DNA of 64,000 bases from IMG/VR virus record IMGVR_UViG_3300047476_002043, positions 1-64,000 of that record; one strand, 5' to 3'. The notes beneath the pieces were generated by a model, which did not search any database, had not been told where the DNA came from, and worked only from the letters and a program-made list of their open reading frames with translations. The stretch's first letter is position 1. Every line of letters begins with the position of its first letter. This document shows positions 40,256 to 49,083 of the stretch, one piece after another. The stretch is from a virus. A program made the translations under genes and the position numbers.

Positions 40256-41080
40256 ATGGCACTAGCCTTAGATGTTGTTCAGAACATCTTGCAATGTTCT
40301 GTTAACGGTCAGGGTACAGCCAACGGCTGGACCTTTAGTTTGCCAGCTGGAGTGCTGGACAATGATCAATTCCAGATTAGTGGAGATTATGTCCAGCCTA
40401 AGTCTACTGGGACATTTAGATGTGCTCATATGGTCGTTAGGATAATGGCTGTTAATGGCGGTACAACGGTTTATGCCAACAGGCTTATAAACGTTGTCGA
40501 CTTTGGTATGAAGATGACTGCCCTAGGGCAGGGAATATCCTACAACAGCACCATCTATTCGTCATTCGCTATTAACAACAGCGGACAAAATTCCTACACC
40601 ATCTCCTTCAATTTCTACATCAATGCGACACCATCGATCAACCATGAGTTTGCTATATTTGGTAAGTCCTCTGCGGCCACTTACTACATGTACATATACG
40701 TCACTACAACATCAGGCGTTATCTTGTACTGCAAAACCGGTGCTGGCGCATCTAACACGATGGTTCTAACGAGCACGAACACATGTAGACGTGGACAATG
40801 GAATCAGTATTCGATATCCATACCAGCTGGATCTTCGGTATTGTGGTCAACTACGCTCAATGGTGTAGTGACTACATCAGGTAGCAATGTGGCATTCCCT
40901 AACTTAAACTTTTCAACAGGCTTAGATTCGTACGGTGGACCATCAGGATCGGGAAACACGATGATCATTTCTGATCTTAAGGTTATTGAGAACTCAACAA
41001 CAAAGATCGATGAAAAACTCCAATCATTGCCGACCAATGCGTCAGCTTTAGGATCACCAACATTCAATCAATCCTCTTAA
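40256..41080 (+). CDS. Appendage paralog A (cadherin-like plus LamG/lectin-like)
   Basis: GQGTANGWTFSLPAGVLDNDQFQISGD; beta-rich C-domain with GQWNQY. Confidence 0.75.
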   Translation: MALALDVVQNILQCSVNGQGTANGWTFSLPAGVLDNDQFQISGDYVQPKSTGTFRCAHMVVRIMAVNGGTTVYANRLINVVDFGMKMTALGQGISYNSTIYSSFAINNSGQNSYTISFNFYINATPSINHEFAIFGKSSAATYYMYIYVTTTSGVILYCKTGAGASNTMVLTSTNTCRRGQWNQYSISIPAGSSVLWSTTLNGVVTTSGSNVAFPNLNFSTGLDSYGGPSGSGNTMIISDLKVIENSTTKIDEKLQSLPTNASALGSPTFNQSS

Positions 41081-41095
41081 CCCCAAGGTAACAAG

Positions 41096-41968
41096 ATGGC
41101 TATCTATGCGACAGCAGGACAGACTATCTTCAACTGCTCAGTTGGTGGACAAGGTACAGCCAACGGCTGGACTTTTACTTTACCTGCTGGAGTTGCAGAT
41201 AATGACCTTTTTCAAATCAGTGGTGATTCCGTCCAGTTCAAATCAGCCACAGCTTACTACTGTAGACAATACGCAGTGCGCGTCAACGGCGTTAATGGTG
41301 GCAACACGACACTGATTGCGCAAACGTTTATCGTTGGCGAGCGTGGGATGCGACCTAACCTAACTAGTGTATCGGGTTTGAGTTATAACTCAGCGATTTA
41401 CAACAGTCTGGTTAATACTAGCGCTTCCATGGACTGTACAGTTGAATTTGCGGCCTACATTCCTCCGGCAGGATCTAACTCGCTGTATTCGATCATGGCA
41501 AGGGGCACATCGTACCTCAGCAGTTCATCACCAACAGGAACTTCACACATTCTAGCGCTGATGATCTCCAACGTAGCGACTCCGACCGTAAGTCTATACG
41601 CACTCAACACGTCAGGAGCCCTCCAATCTTTAATTACTGCATCATCTGCATTCGGCCTTACTCGATCGGTGTGGATTAGTGTCAAGATAACGTGGACAGC
41701 AGCCGCAGCAACAACAGTCACGCTTGATATCAACGGTACTCAAGTTGTTGCTGGTACATCTTCATCCTATCACCTCAATTTACAACAGGCAGCTATTGAT
41801 GGAGGTATGTGGACAGGGTGTTCCAATGGAGTTGCTAACTCAGGTGCTCCTTTGATGGCAGATTTGGTTATCACTCAAAACAGTTACAACGTCCTCACCG
41901 ATCCTATGACGTCCCAACACGCCAACGCCACTCTTGTTGGCACCCCAGTCTTCAACCTACTCAACTAA
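41096..41968 (+). CDS. Appendage paralog B (cadherin-like plus LamG/lectin-like)
   Basis: GQGTANGWTFTLPAGVADNDLFQISGD; WISVKITW...LDING. Confidence 0.75.
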   Translation: MAIYATAGQTIFNCSVGGQGTANGWTFTLPAGVADNDLFQISGDSVQFKSATAYYCRQYAVRVNGVNGGNTTLIAQTFIVGERGMRPNLTSVSGLSYNSAIYNSLVNTSASMDCTVEFAAYIPPAGSNSLYSIMARGTSYLSSSSPTGTSHILALMISNVATPTVSLYALNTSGALQSLITASSAFGLTRSVWISVKITWTAAAATTVTLDINGTQVVAGTSSSYHLNLQQAAIDGGMWTGCSNGVANSGAPLMADLVITQNSYNVLTDPMTSQHANATLVGTPVFNLLN

Positions 41969-41987
41969 CACAACAAGGATCATCATC

Positions 41988-42863
41988 ATGTCTATCTACG
42001 CAACAGCAGGGCAGACTATCTTCAGCTGCAACGTCGGCGGTCAGGGTACAGCCAACGGCTGGACCTTCACCCTTCCGGCAGGCATCCAGGACAACGATAG
42101 CTTCCAGATCAGCGGCGACAACGTTCAATTCAAGTCAGCCATCACCTACTACTGCAAAACCTACAACATCCGTGTTCAGGGCGTTAACGGTTCCAGCTCC
42201 GCGCTCATTCTTCAGCCGATCACCATCAAGGAACGTGGCATGAAGTCTAGCGCTGCTACCGGTACTGGCGTTAGCTACAACTCAACCATCTGCAACGGCT
42301 GGGTCAACTCCAGCGCTACTGTCGATACCACAGTCGAATTCGCATTCTACATCCCGACTACAGCAGCGGCGACTGTCGCTTACTGCCTCTGTGCTAGGAC
42401 ATCTGGTACCAACATCACAACAACTGTTCCAACACAAGCGACAACAGTTCTCTCGATGCTGCTCGATACGACAACCAGTCCTAACGTAACGCTTTACGTC
42501 AGGAACCCCGCCGGTACCTTGATCACAACCCACTCAGCCATCTCTTCCTTCGGCTTGGTTCGTGGTAACTGGTACAGCTGCAAAATCACTTGGTCGGCCG
42601 CTGCCTCCACTGTCGTTACTCTCGACATCAATGGCATTCAGTCCAACGCCACTGCCTCTGCCAACAACCACATCGGCGGAGCCACCATCCAGACTGACGG
42701 TATCGTGTATACCGGAAGCGCCATCTCTAGCGGTACCAACTACCCGATCATCGCTGACCTTCGCGTCATCCAGGCCGGCTTCGGTGTTATCACTGACCCG
42801 ATGACCGCACAGCATTCTCAGGCTACACTTGTGGGTACACCTACCTTCAACCAAGTTAGCTGA
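41988..42863 (+). CDS. Appendage paralog C (cadherin-like plus LamG/lectin-like)
   Basis: MSIYATAGQ start with AAGGA RBS; GNWYSCKITW...LDING. Confidence 0.75.
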   Translation: MSIYATAGQTIFSCNVGGQGTANGWTFTLPAGIQDNDSFQISGDNVQFKSAITYYCKTYNIRVQGVNGSSSALILQPITIKERGMKSSAATGTGVSYNSTICNGWVNSSATVDTTVEFAFYIPTTAAATVAYCLCARTSGTNITTTVPTQATTVLSMLLDTTTSPNVTLYVRNPAGTLITTHSAISSFGLVRGNWYSCKITWSAAASTVVTLDINGIQSNATASANNHIGGATIQTDGIVYTGSAISSGTNYPIIADLRVIQAGFGVITDPMTAQHSQATLVGTPTFNQVS

Positions 42864-42879
42864 TAGGGCTGATTAAGTA

Positions 42880-44916
42880 ATGCGTACGGCCATCTCAACT
42901 GCGATGATTAGCAGCTTCGCGGCTTCGGTGGCCGTGTTGTCTGTAACCTTCGCTGATGAAGATATACTCCTCAATAACTTCAGTGAAACTACTCCTGCGG
43001 TTATTGGGGTAACCTTCGTCGATAACGATGTTCTTAGAGACAATATGGTCGATGAGGTTATGCCTATATCGACCAACTTCGTCGACCCAGATATCTTGTT
43101 GAAGGATGTTGATGAAGAGCCCTTTTACGGGAGTACCGCATTTGTTGATAGTGAAATCTTGCGCACCGATATGCAAGATATCACCAATCCAATAAACGCT
43201 TATTTCGCGGATGGAGACATCCTAGCAAGAAACCTTTCTGAAGCATACCCAGGAACAATAACTGCGGTAGAAACGGATAGTGATGTCTTGCTGAATAACT
43301 GGAACGAAACCATCCTCACGGGATCAACATCTTTTACCGATAGCGATATCCTTTTAACGGGACTCACCGCTTCGTACCCAGCTCTAATATCGGCAGTCAT
43401 TGTCGATGCCGACATCTTACTCGCGAACATGTCCGATGGCGTCGCCACGATCGTCACATCGTTCGCCGATAACGACATCCTTTTACGAAGCCTAGCTGAG
43501 GCCCCAAGTTACGGAAGCGCATCAATAGCCGATAGTGACATTCTCAGCAAAAACTTAACTGAAAGCTACAGCACAGCCATAAGTGCTTCGTTTGCTGATA
43601 GTGATGTTTTGTTGAGAGTGCTTAATGAAGGTCCCGCCTCCGGATCGGCCTCTGTAGTTGATAGTGATGTGATGCGCGCGGCGCTTTCCGAGAGCTACCC
43701 AACATCAGTCTCGACTAGCTTCCCGGATACAGACATCCTGCTCGTTGTTCGCGCAGAAGCCCCAACATCGGGATCCACGAACATACCAGATACGGATATC
43801 CTTCTGATCAATATGCCCTCCGGGCCGACGATTGGAAGTACCAACATCCCAGACTCGGATATGCTGCTTAACCAAGTTACAGCAGGCCCTTCGATCGGTA
43901 GCACCACGATACCTGATAGCGACATTCTTCTCAAATCTCTCACTGCCAACGGCGGCACAACCATCACCACATCCTTCCCAGATAGTGATATCCTTAGAAG
44001 GAGTCTTGCAGCTGAGCCTACCATGGGTAGCACAACCATACCCGATAGTGACATACTACTCAGATCCTTGGTTGAACTCCCACTTACCGGTAGCACCACG
44101 ATTCCAGACACAGACATCCTCAAAGCTAACCTTGTTGAAAATGGTGGCGTAGCCATCTCTACAACATTCGCCGATGCGGATATCCTCAATCGAAATCTCA
44201 CCGCTGGTCCGACAATCGGATCGACTACAATCCCTGATAGCGACATCCTTGTTGCTAACAACACGGCGACCTACCCAGGTGTTGTTACAACCTCGATTCC
44301 CGATGCGGATATACTCCTCAATAACCGAACAGCCGGACCAACTAACGGTTCGACATCTATTCCGGATAGCGATATCTTGCTTAGATCTCTTACCGCTTCT
44401 GGAGGCACACTCGTCACTGCTACGTTCGCTGATGCTGATGTTCTCCTTAGGTCGCTCACAGCCTCCGGTGGTACCCTCATTACAGCCACATTCGCGGATG
44501 CCGACATCTTGCGCATGTCCCTTGCTGAATACTACCCGACACCCGGTTCGACTTCGTTTGCTGATAGTGATGTCTTGCTCAAAGATATGCCTGCGACAAC
44601 AGTTCTCGCCGGTAGTGCAAACTACCCCGATTCTGACATTGAAAGACTCAACCTTACAGGTTCCGCTGGTAACGGTGGGTTGGCAACATTCCCTGACTCC
44701 GACATCGAAAGACGTAATCTCACCGGCTCTGCTGGCAATGGCGGTCTCGCTACCTTCCCGGATAACGATATCGAGAGAAGGAACCTTACAGGTTCCGCTG
44801 GTAACGGTGGGTTGGCTACCTTCCCCGACAGTGATATCGAACTTAAAGTCGCTACTGCTCCTGCCTACCAGGCAACGATCACCGACCTTGATTCGGTCTA
44901 CACTATCAACACATAA
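42880..44916 (+). CDS. Repeat protein made of 30 units of 21-22 aa (xDxDIL)
   Basis: Units such as PDSDILLRSLVELPLTGSTTI counted in the translation. Confidence 0.85.
   Translation: MRTAISTAMISSFAASVAVLSVTFADEDILLNNFSETTPAVIGVTFVDNDVLRDNMVDEVMPISTNFVDPDILLKDVDEEPFYGSTAFVDSEILRTDMQDITNPINAYFADGDILARNLSEAYPGTITAVETDSDVLLNNWNETILTGSTSFTDSDILLTGLTASYPALISAVIVDADILLANMSDGVATIVTSFADNDILLRSLAEAPSYGSASIADSDILSKNLTESYSTAISASFADSDVLLRVLNEGPASGSASVVDSDVMRAALSESYPTSVSTSFPDTDILLVVRAEAPTSGSTNIPDTDILLINMPSGPTIGSTNIPDSDMLLNQVTAGPSIGSTTIPDSDILLKSLTANGGTTITTSFPDSDILRRSLAAEPTMGSTTIPDSDILLRSLVELPLTGSTTIPDTDILKANLVENGGVAISTTFADADILNRNLTAGPTIGSTTIPDSDILVANNTATYPGVVTTSIPDADILLNNRTAGPTNGSTSIPDSDILLRSLTASGGTLVTATFADADVLLRSLTASGGTLITATFADADILRMSLAEYYPTPGSTSFADSDVLLKDMPATTVLAGSANYPDSDIERLNLTGSAGNGGLATFPDSDIERRNLTGSAGNGGLATFPDNDIERRNLTGSAGNGGLATFPDSDIELKVATAPAYQATITDLDSVYTINT
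44626..44841 (+). repeat. 66-nt tandem repeat, 3 copies plus a partial
   Basis: PD(S/N)DIER(L/R)NLTGSAGNGGLATF x3 with synonymous divergence. Confidence 0.9.
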
Positions 44917-44928
44917 GGAACCTGCACA

Positions 44929-45273
44929 ATGTTACCCAACGAAAGAATGTACAAGGTCACGTTCAAGGATGGAACGGTTAATAACGTTCCGTTCGAGATC
45001 CCGCCTGAACCGAGTGATGCAACTGGTATCGTTTCAGTCGTTCTGAAAGATCCGACGCCAACTACCGATGTTGTACAAGTTAGCGCCAGTTTCTGGCGCA
45101 GCTTACCCGATGAAATCAGAGGAGCGTTCTTGGTTTATCGATCATCGATAACTCAGGCTCTCGAAGAAGGCGATTATGTCGCCGCTAGACTCTGTATAGG
45201 CAACGTTACGGTACCTCCAGAATTGGAAGCCGTTAAACAACAGTTGCTTGATTTGATACCAACAGGGCCTTGA
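44929..45273 (+). CDS. Small hypothetical protein, possible fibre assembly chaperone
   Basis: 114 aa ending the appendage operon; AAGGA RBS. Confidence 0.6.
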   Translation: MLPNERMYKVTFKDGTVNNVPFEIPPEPSDATGIVSVVLKDPTPTTDVVQVSASFWRSLPDEIRGAFLVYRSSITQALEEGDYVAARLCIGNVTVPPELEAVKQQLLDLIPTGP

Positions 45274-45276
45274 TCC

Positions 45277-45308
45277 ACCATCCCATCTCCAAAAGGAGAT
45301 GGGATGGT
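45277..45308 (+). terminator. Stem-loop terminator
   Basis: ACCATCCCATCTCC-AAAA-GGAGATGGGATGGT. Confidence 0.8.
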
Positions 45309-45350
45309 TATTCTATGCCGTCATAAAAAACAACAAAAGGAACCAAAATC

Positions 45351-45881
45351 ATGCGATCGTTCTTAATCCTCCTCATTACACTCATCCTTACCTCGTGTGG
45401 TATGGTTGGGTTCGAAAACAAATCCGCCGTTGCTGCCAGAGAACATACGGCACCTATCAACGATGGTGAGTACGACAATATCACTTCAACCGAAGGTAAG
45501 GTTGTCATTCGTCGGACAACCTCCTATCGTGCATTGATCAAAGCCGATACTCATGTGGACACCAAGCAACAAGGTGTTGATGCATCGAGTAAAGTTGATG
45601 TCAATCTTGCGGTTAGTAAGTACCTCGGGACCATCTTCACTGGAGGAGCTGGTTCGGCTATGATGGCCCTCGATGCTTTGGTTGCTAAGCCTAGCGATGC
45701 ACTTACTTCGGAGGAAGCTCTGGCTCTTGCCGTTTCTGCCAATAAGAAAAACGGCGGGGTTCAGCCTGGTAAGGAGGAGATCCTTGCTGCTGTTGAAAAG
45801 TATTTACCATCGGCTTCTACGGATAAAGCTAAAGAAGCAGCCATGGCGCTTATCAACGACTTGAAATCCAAAAAGGAATAA
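45351..45881 (+). CDS. Lipoprotein
   Basis: Signal peptide MRSFLILLITLILTS-C. Confidence 0.75.
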   Translation: MRSFLILLITLILTSCGMVGFENKSAVAAREHTAPINDGEYDNITSTEGKVVIRRTTSYRALIKADTHVDTKQQGVDASSKVDVNLAVSKYLGTIFTGGAGSAMMALDALVAKPSDALTSEEALALAVSANKKNGGVQPGKEEILAAVEKYLPSASTDKAKEAAMALINDLKSKKE

Positions 45882-45884
45882 GTT

Positions 45885-46142
45885 ATGAAAAAATTAAACC
45901 TTCTCTTCCTCATCCTGTTGTTTGCTAGCTGCGCTAGCGTCTTCAGCCCTACCTCCAGCTCTACCGGCACCGTCAAAGACAAAGGTCAGATGCGTGGCGA
46001 TTATGCCAACATCAGCGGTAAGCGAGGTGTTGAGATCATCGAAGAAACAACTGTCGTTTATGAAGGCGACCTGAAGTCAGTTCAGGAAGCCTTGCAGAAG
46101 GACGTCACTGCTAAGCAGGGCGCAAAAACAAAAGGCGAATGA
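45885..46142 (+). CDS. Lipoprotein
   Basis: Signal peptide MKKLNLLFLILLFAS-C. Confidence 0.75.
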   Translation: MKKLNLLFLILLFASCASVFSPTSSSTGTVKDKGQMRGDYANISGKRGVEIIEETTVVYEGDLKSVQEALQKDVTAKQGAKTKGE

Positions 46143-46148
46143 GATCCA

Positions 46149-46184
46149 ACCCTACCAAGCTACCTTGCGGTAGCTTGGTAGGGT
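46149..46184. terminator. Bidirectional terminator (GCAA loop on minus strand)
   Basis: ACCCTACCAAGCTACC-TTGC-GGTAGCTTGGTAGGGT. Confidence 0.85.
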
Positions 46185-46191
46185 GTTCTGT

Positions 46192-46623
46192 TTAGAGCTC
46201 ACCGTCAAGTAGCTTTCTAATAAGATCTTCAAGATTGCTAATAACTGTCTTGGTAAGGATATCGCGATGGAAGAACGGGAACTGATGAATGAGCACGCTC
46301 AGCTTGTAAATATGCACCTCACCGCCAACGATTTTAATATCGATAAACGGTAACGGTAATGCACTATCTCCTCTCTTGGTTGAGATGCTGACAGTGGAGA
46401 TGTTGAAATTGGCCACGACCAACATGTCGACGGCAGCAGCTGCTGCTTCATGCGCGCTGCTGGTTTCGAGAGACTGGTTTAGAGCGGTCACTTTGAGTGT
46501 GACTACAGCTTTAGACTCATCCATCGATCCATCGGCGATAAGCTTCTCGATGTAGGCATCGTACTTGTCCATGACGGCCTTGATTTCAGCATCGCGCTGC
46601 GCGAAGATTTCTTTGAGGTTCAT
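46192..46623 (-). CDS. Hypothetical protein
   Basis: 143 aa. Confidence 0.7.
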   Translation of the reverse strand: MNLKEIFAQRDAEIKAVMDKYDAYIEKLIADGSMDESKAVVTLKVTALNQSLETSSAHEAAAAAVDMLVVANFNISTVSISTKRGDSALPLPFIDIKIVGGEVHIYKLSVLIHQFPFFHRDILTKTVISNLEDLIRKLLDGEL

Positions 46624-46919
46624 GTCTGATCTCCCTGCTGTTGTTTTGGTGCTTTGACGAATGTAAATCCAAACCCTCTTCCTGTTATAGGCTTGCGATT
46701 GACTAAGGATCCAACTAGAATTATGACTGACCCGTCAGAAAGCTTCACGGGTACAGCTTTATCTTTAATCCAGCGATCTTCAGAGGAAGCTTTCACATCT
46801 TGATTCACCGGATCACGACAGGTCAATTGAGCAACAGTCACAAGAATCTTGTAAAGATCATTGTAGCTGTATCTTAACTCATCATCTTCTTTGCTCATAA
46901 GCTTCTCCCAGTTGTTCAT
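46620..46919 (-). CDS. Hypothetical protein
   Basis: 99 aa; TATATTAC at 46924-46931. Confidence 0.65.
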   Translation of the reverse strand: MNNWEKLMSKEDDELRYSYNDLYKILVTVAQLTCRDPVNQDVKASSEDRWIKDKAVPVKLSDGSVIILVGSLVNRKPITGRGFGFTFVKAPKQQQGDQT

Positions 46920-47001
46920 GAAAGTAATATACTTCCAAGTAACTAATGAAATTGTAGTTGATATAGTTCATTGAATGCGATAGTTAATTCAACAGAAAAA
47001 G

Positions 47002-47544
47002 ATGGAGATTACTAAGATGCCAGAAGAAACTCAACAACAGGGCCTGAAATCTCTCCCGACCTCCTGGTCCAAAGATGACGGCGAAAAGACCGCGAAGACT
47101 TTCCCAATTCCGAATAGCAAAGAAGTCGCTCTCGACTACGCGTATGAAAACGATACCGATGAGCGCGACCGCATTGATGATGAACAGGATGATACCGAGT
47201 CCAAAGAACATGTTGAAAAGGCCATCAAGCTCTCCAGGAAGCAGGACATCCTCGAGCGTAAATTGGCTATCGAGGAACTCAAGACTAAGATAGCCAAACT
47301 CAAACATGAGAGAGTTATTCTTGAACATACTGAGCGTCGCTTGGAAGTGGCCACTCAAGCCATGGAAGAAGATTGGGACTACTCGCCTGAGGTTCGGATC
47401 AAACCTCCAAGTATTCTCGACCTTGTCAAAGAAAACAATGAAACCGCGCTAGCCAGCAAGAAAACTGCAACAGAAACAATGATCGTTCTGACTTTCATTG
47501 TTGGTGTAGCTGTTGTGTTGTCGCTCTGTGCCATCTTCCAGTGA
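47002..47544 (+). CDS. Coiled-coil protein with C-terminal TM helix
   Basis: Acidic/coiled region and terminal MIVLTFIVGVAVVLSLCAIF. Confidence 0.75.
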   Translation: MEITKMPEETQQQGLKSLPTSWSKDDGEKTAKTFPIPNSKEVALDYAYENDTDERDRIDDEQDDTESKEHVEKAIKLSRKQDILERKLAIEELKTKIAKLKHERVILEHTERRLEVATQAMEEDWDYSPEVRIKPPSILDLVKENNETALASKKTATETMIVLTFIVGVAVVLSLCAIFQ

Positions 47545-48194
47545 AAACCAAACAGTTTTTAATCGTCATCTACTCTTGTAAACACTACGAGGATACAAGA
47601 GTGAGGTGGCAGATAGATACCTGGACTAAGCGACTACCTGAGAACATGAAGCTTCTTGTCATGACTGGGTCAGGAAATGATCGGATCGATGATGTCGGAG
47701 TACTGAGGCTCAACTGCCCAGATGATTACTACGGTCTCATAGATAAGACACAGGCTCTGTTCGACTGGTTCACCAAAGAAAGGTCTGAAGATTATTTGAT
47801 CAAGGTGGATGATGACGTGTGGTTATCCGATCAATCAATCGAGAAGATAGCCAACTTTAGAGATCTGTACGGAGGACTTTATTTGTCCGGATCATGGGCA
47901 TCAGGACCTCTCTACGTTCTCGATAAAGACGTCATTAAATCCCTACCACGTTTGAGATCTTTTGATGTACCTGGTGTTAGATGGTCACCTGAGGATGTTG
48001 CTGTTGGGGCCGCCTGCGCTTCAACTAACGTCTATCCAGTATGTCTAAATTTAGGTCACGTCGAATGGCTAAAGGATGATACATCGTTTGATACATGCAA
48101 ATCTTGGGAAGCGGTTTTCTGTTTCCAAAGAAGCAGACATCAGGAGATGTTCGAGACCATGGAGAAAAGTAGATCTTCACTTATTTTTAAGTAG
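47541..48194 (+). CDS. GT31/Fringe-like glycosyltransferase
   Basis: DDYYGLIDKT, YLIKVDDDVW, WASGPLYVL and EDVAVG. Confidence 0.8.
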   Translation: MKTKQFLIVIYSCKHYEDTRVRWQIDTWTKRLPENMKLLVMTGSGNDRIDDVGVLRLNCPDDYYGLIDKTQALFDWFTKERSEDYLIKVDDDVWLSDQSIEKIANFRDLYGGLYLSGSWASGPLYVLDKDVIKSLPRLRSFDVPGVRWSPEDVAVGAACASTNVYPVCLNLGHVEWLKDDTSFDTCKSWEAVFCFQRSRHQEMFETMEKSRSSLIFK

Positions 48195-48772
48195 GTCTAT
48201 TATCTTATGCGTCAAAACCGCTTAAGTGATACTCTGGATAGTTGGCCCAGACTTCGCGGACATAAAGAACAACGAGGATCTATTCATGCACTGCATGGAT
48301 TATCTTGACACGGAGCCTAAGACTCTCCGGCAACAAAAGGTCTACTCCAACACAACTGATAGCGATGCAAAGACACAAACACTTTTCTTGGTAGCCATCA
48401 CGGCGAATTACCAACGGACCTGTTAGCAATCATCGCTTTAGCTCTCCTGATGTTATCAGGAAGCATCGTCGCTATCCTTATGTGTTGAATCCTGCCGTCA
48501 TCTACAGGTAACTGTTGGGCATGATGATGGTGTGCCAAAATGACTAGATTGAAGTCACCTAACTTCGTCTAGCTAGCTCTGTCGTACTCGGGTCTTTCCT
48601 AGACCTCACTTGAGCCGAATCAAAATAGGCTCAAGTAGAAACTCATTCTGACGTACGCAGATCTACTCTTTCATCAGGAATAAGAGAGAAGAAATTGACG
48701 AATGAGTATATGTGTTGGTGTAATAGAAAACTTGCGGTGATGAAACCAACGTAAACCGCACCCTTTCAAGGA

Positions 48773-48848
48773 TCCACGATAGCTCAGTTGGTAGAGCTCG
48801 GTGCTGTTAACACCGCTGTCCTAGGTTCGAGTCCTAGTCGTGGAGCCA
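48773..48848 (+). tRNA. tRNA-Asn(GUU)
   Basis: 76-nt cloverleaf TCCACGA...CGGTG CTGTTAA CACCG...TTCGAGT...TCGTGGA GCCA. Confidence 0.95.
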
Positions 48849-48854
48849 GATCAT

Positions 48855-48895
48855 GCCCTCTTAGCTCAGATGGTAGAGCAGCTGTTTTTGTGATT
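48855..48895 (+). pseudogene. 5' half of a tRNA (truncated)
   Basis: GCCCTCT TAGCTCAGATGGTAGAGC AGCTGTTTTTGT with no adjacent matching 3' half. Confidence 0.7.
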
Positions 48896-48897
48896 AA

Positions 48898-48985
48898 GCC
48901 AGCTTCCGTTAGTGGTCGAGACGACAGGACTTGTAACCCTGCGAGGGATACCTCCGCGTGAGTTCGAATCTCACAGCTGGCTCCA
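48898..48985 (+). tRNA. Atypical tRNA, anticodon UGU (Thr), with long variable arm
   Basis: GCCAGCT/AGCTGGC acceptor, T arm GTGAG TTCGAAT CTCAC, loop CTTGTAA, 16-nt variable arm with GAGG-GATA-CCTC, ends TCCA. Confidence 0.8.
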
Positions 48986-49083
48986 AGATTCTCGCTGGCT
49001 GCGAGGACAGAGTGTCTGACAGTATGCACTATAAATAATCTGTTGCATGCACATTGAGTTCTCCACCTCACGTAGATCAGTGA

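Noticed and set aside
42880-44916. CRISPR array or diversity-generating retroelement explanation for the repeats
   Set aside because: Repeats are conserved at protein level with synonymous variation; there are no identical DNA repeats with spacers, no reverse transcriptase and no adenine-specific TR/VR pair.
44174-45046. 290-aa alternative-frame ORF inside the repeat gene
   Set aside because: Open because of the repetitive codon structure; no RBS or recognisable content.
48226-48490. tmRNA, or a frameshifted small membrane protein (LLAIIALALLMLSGSIVAIL in another frame)
   Set aside because: No tmRNA GGGG..GGxTTCGAC start or Ala-ending tag; the hydrophobic frame has no start codon or clear slippery site.
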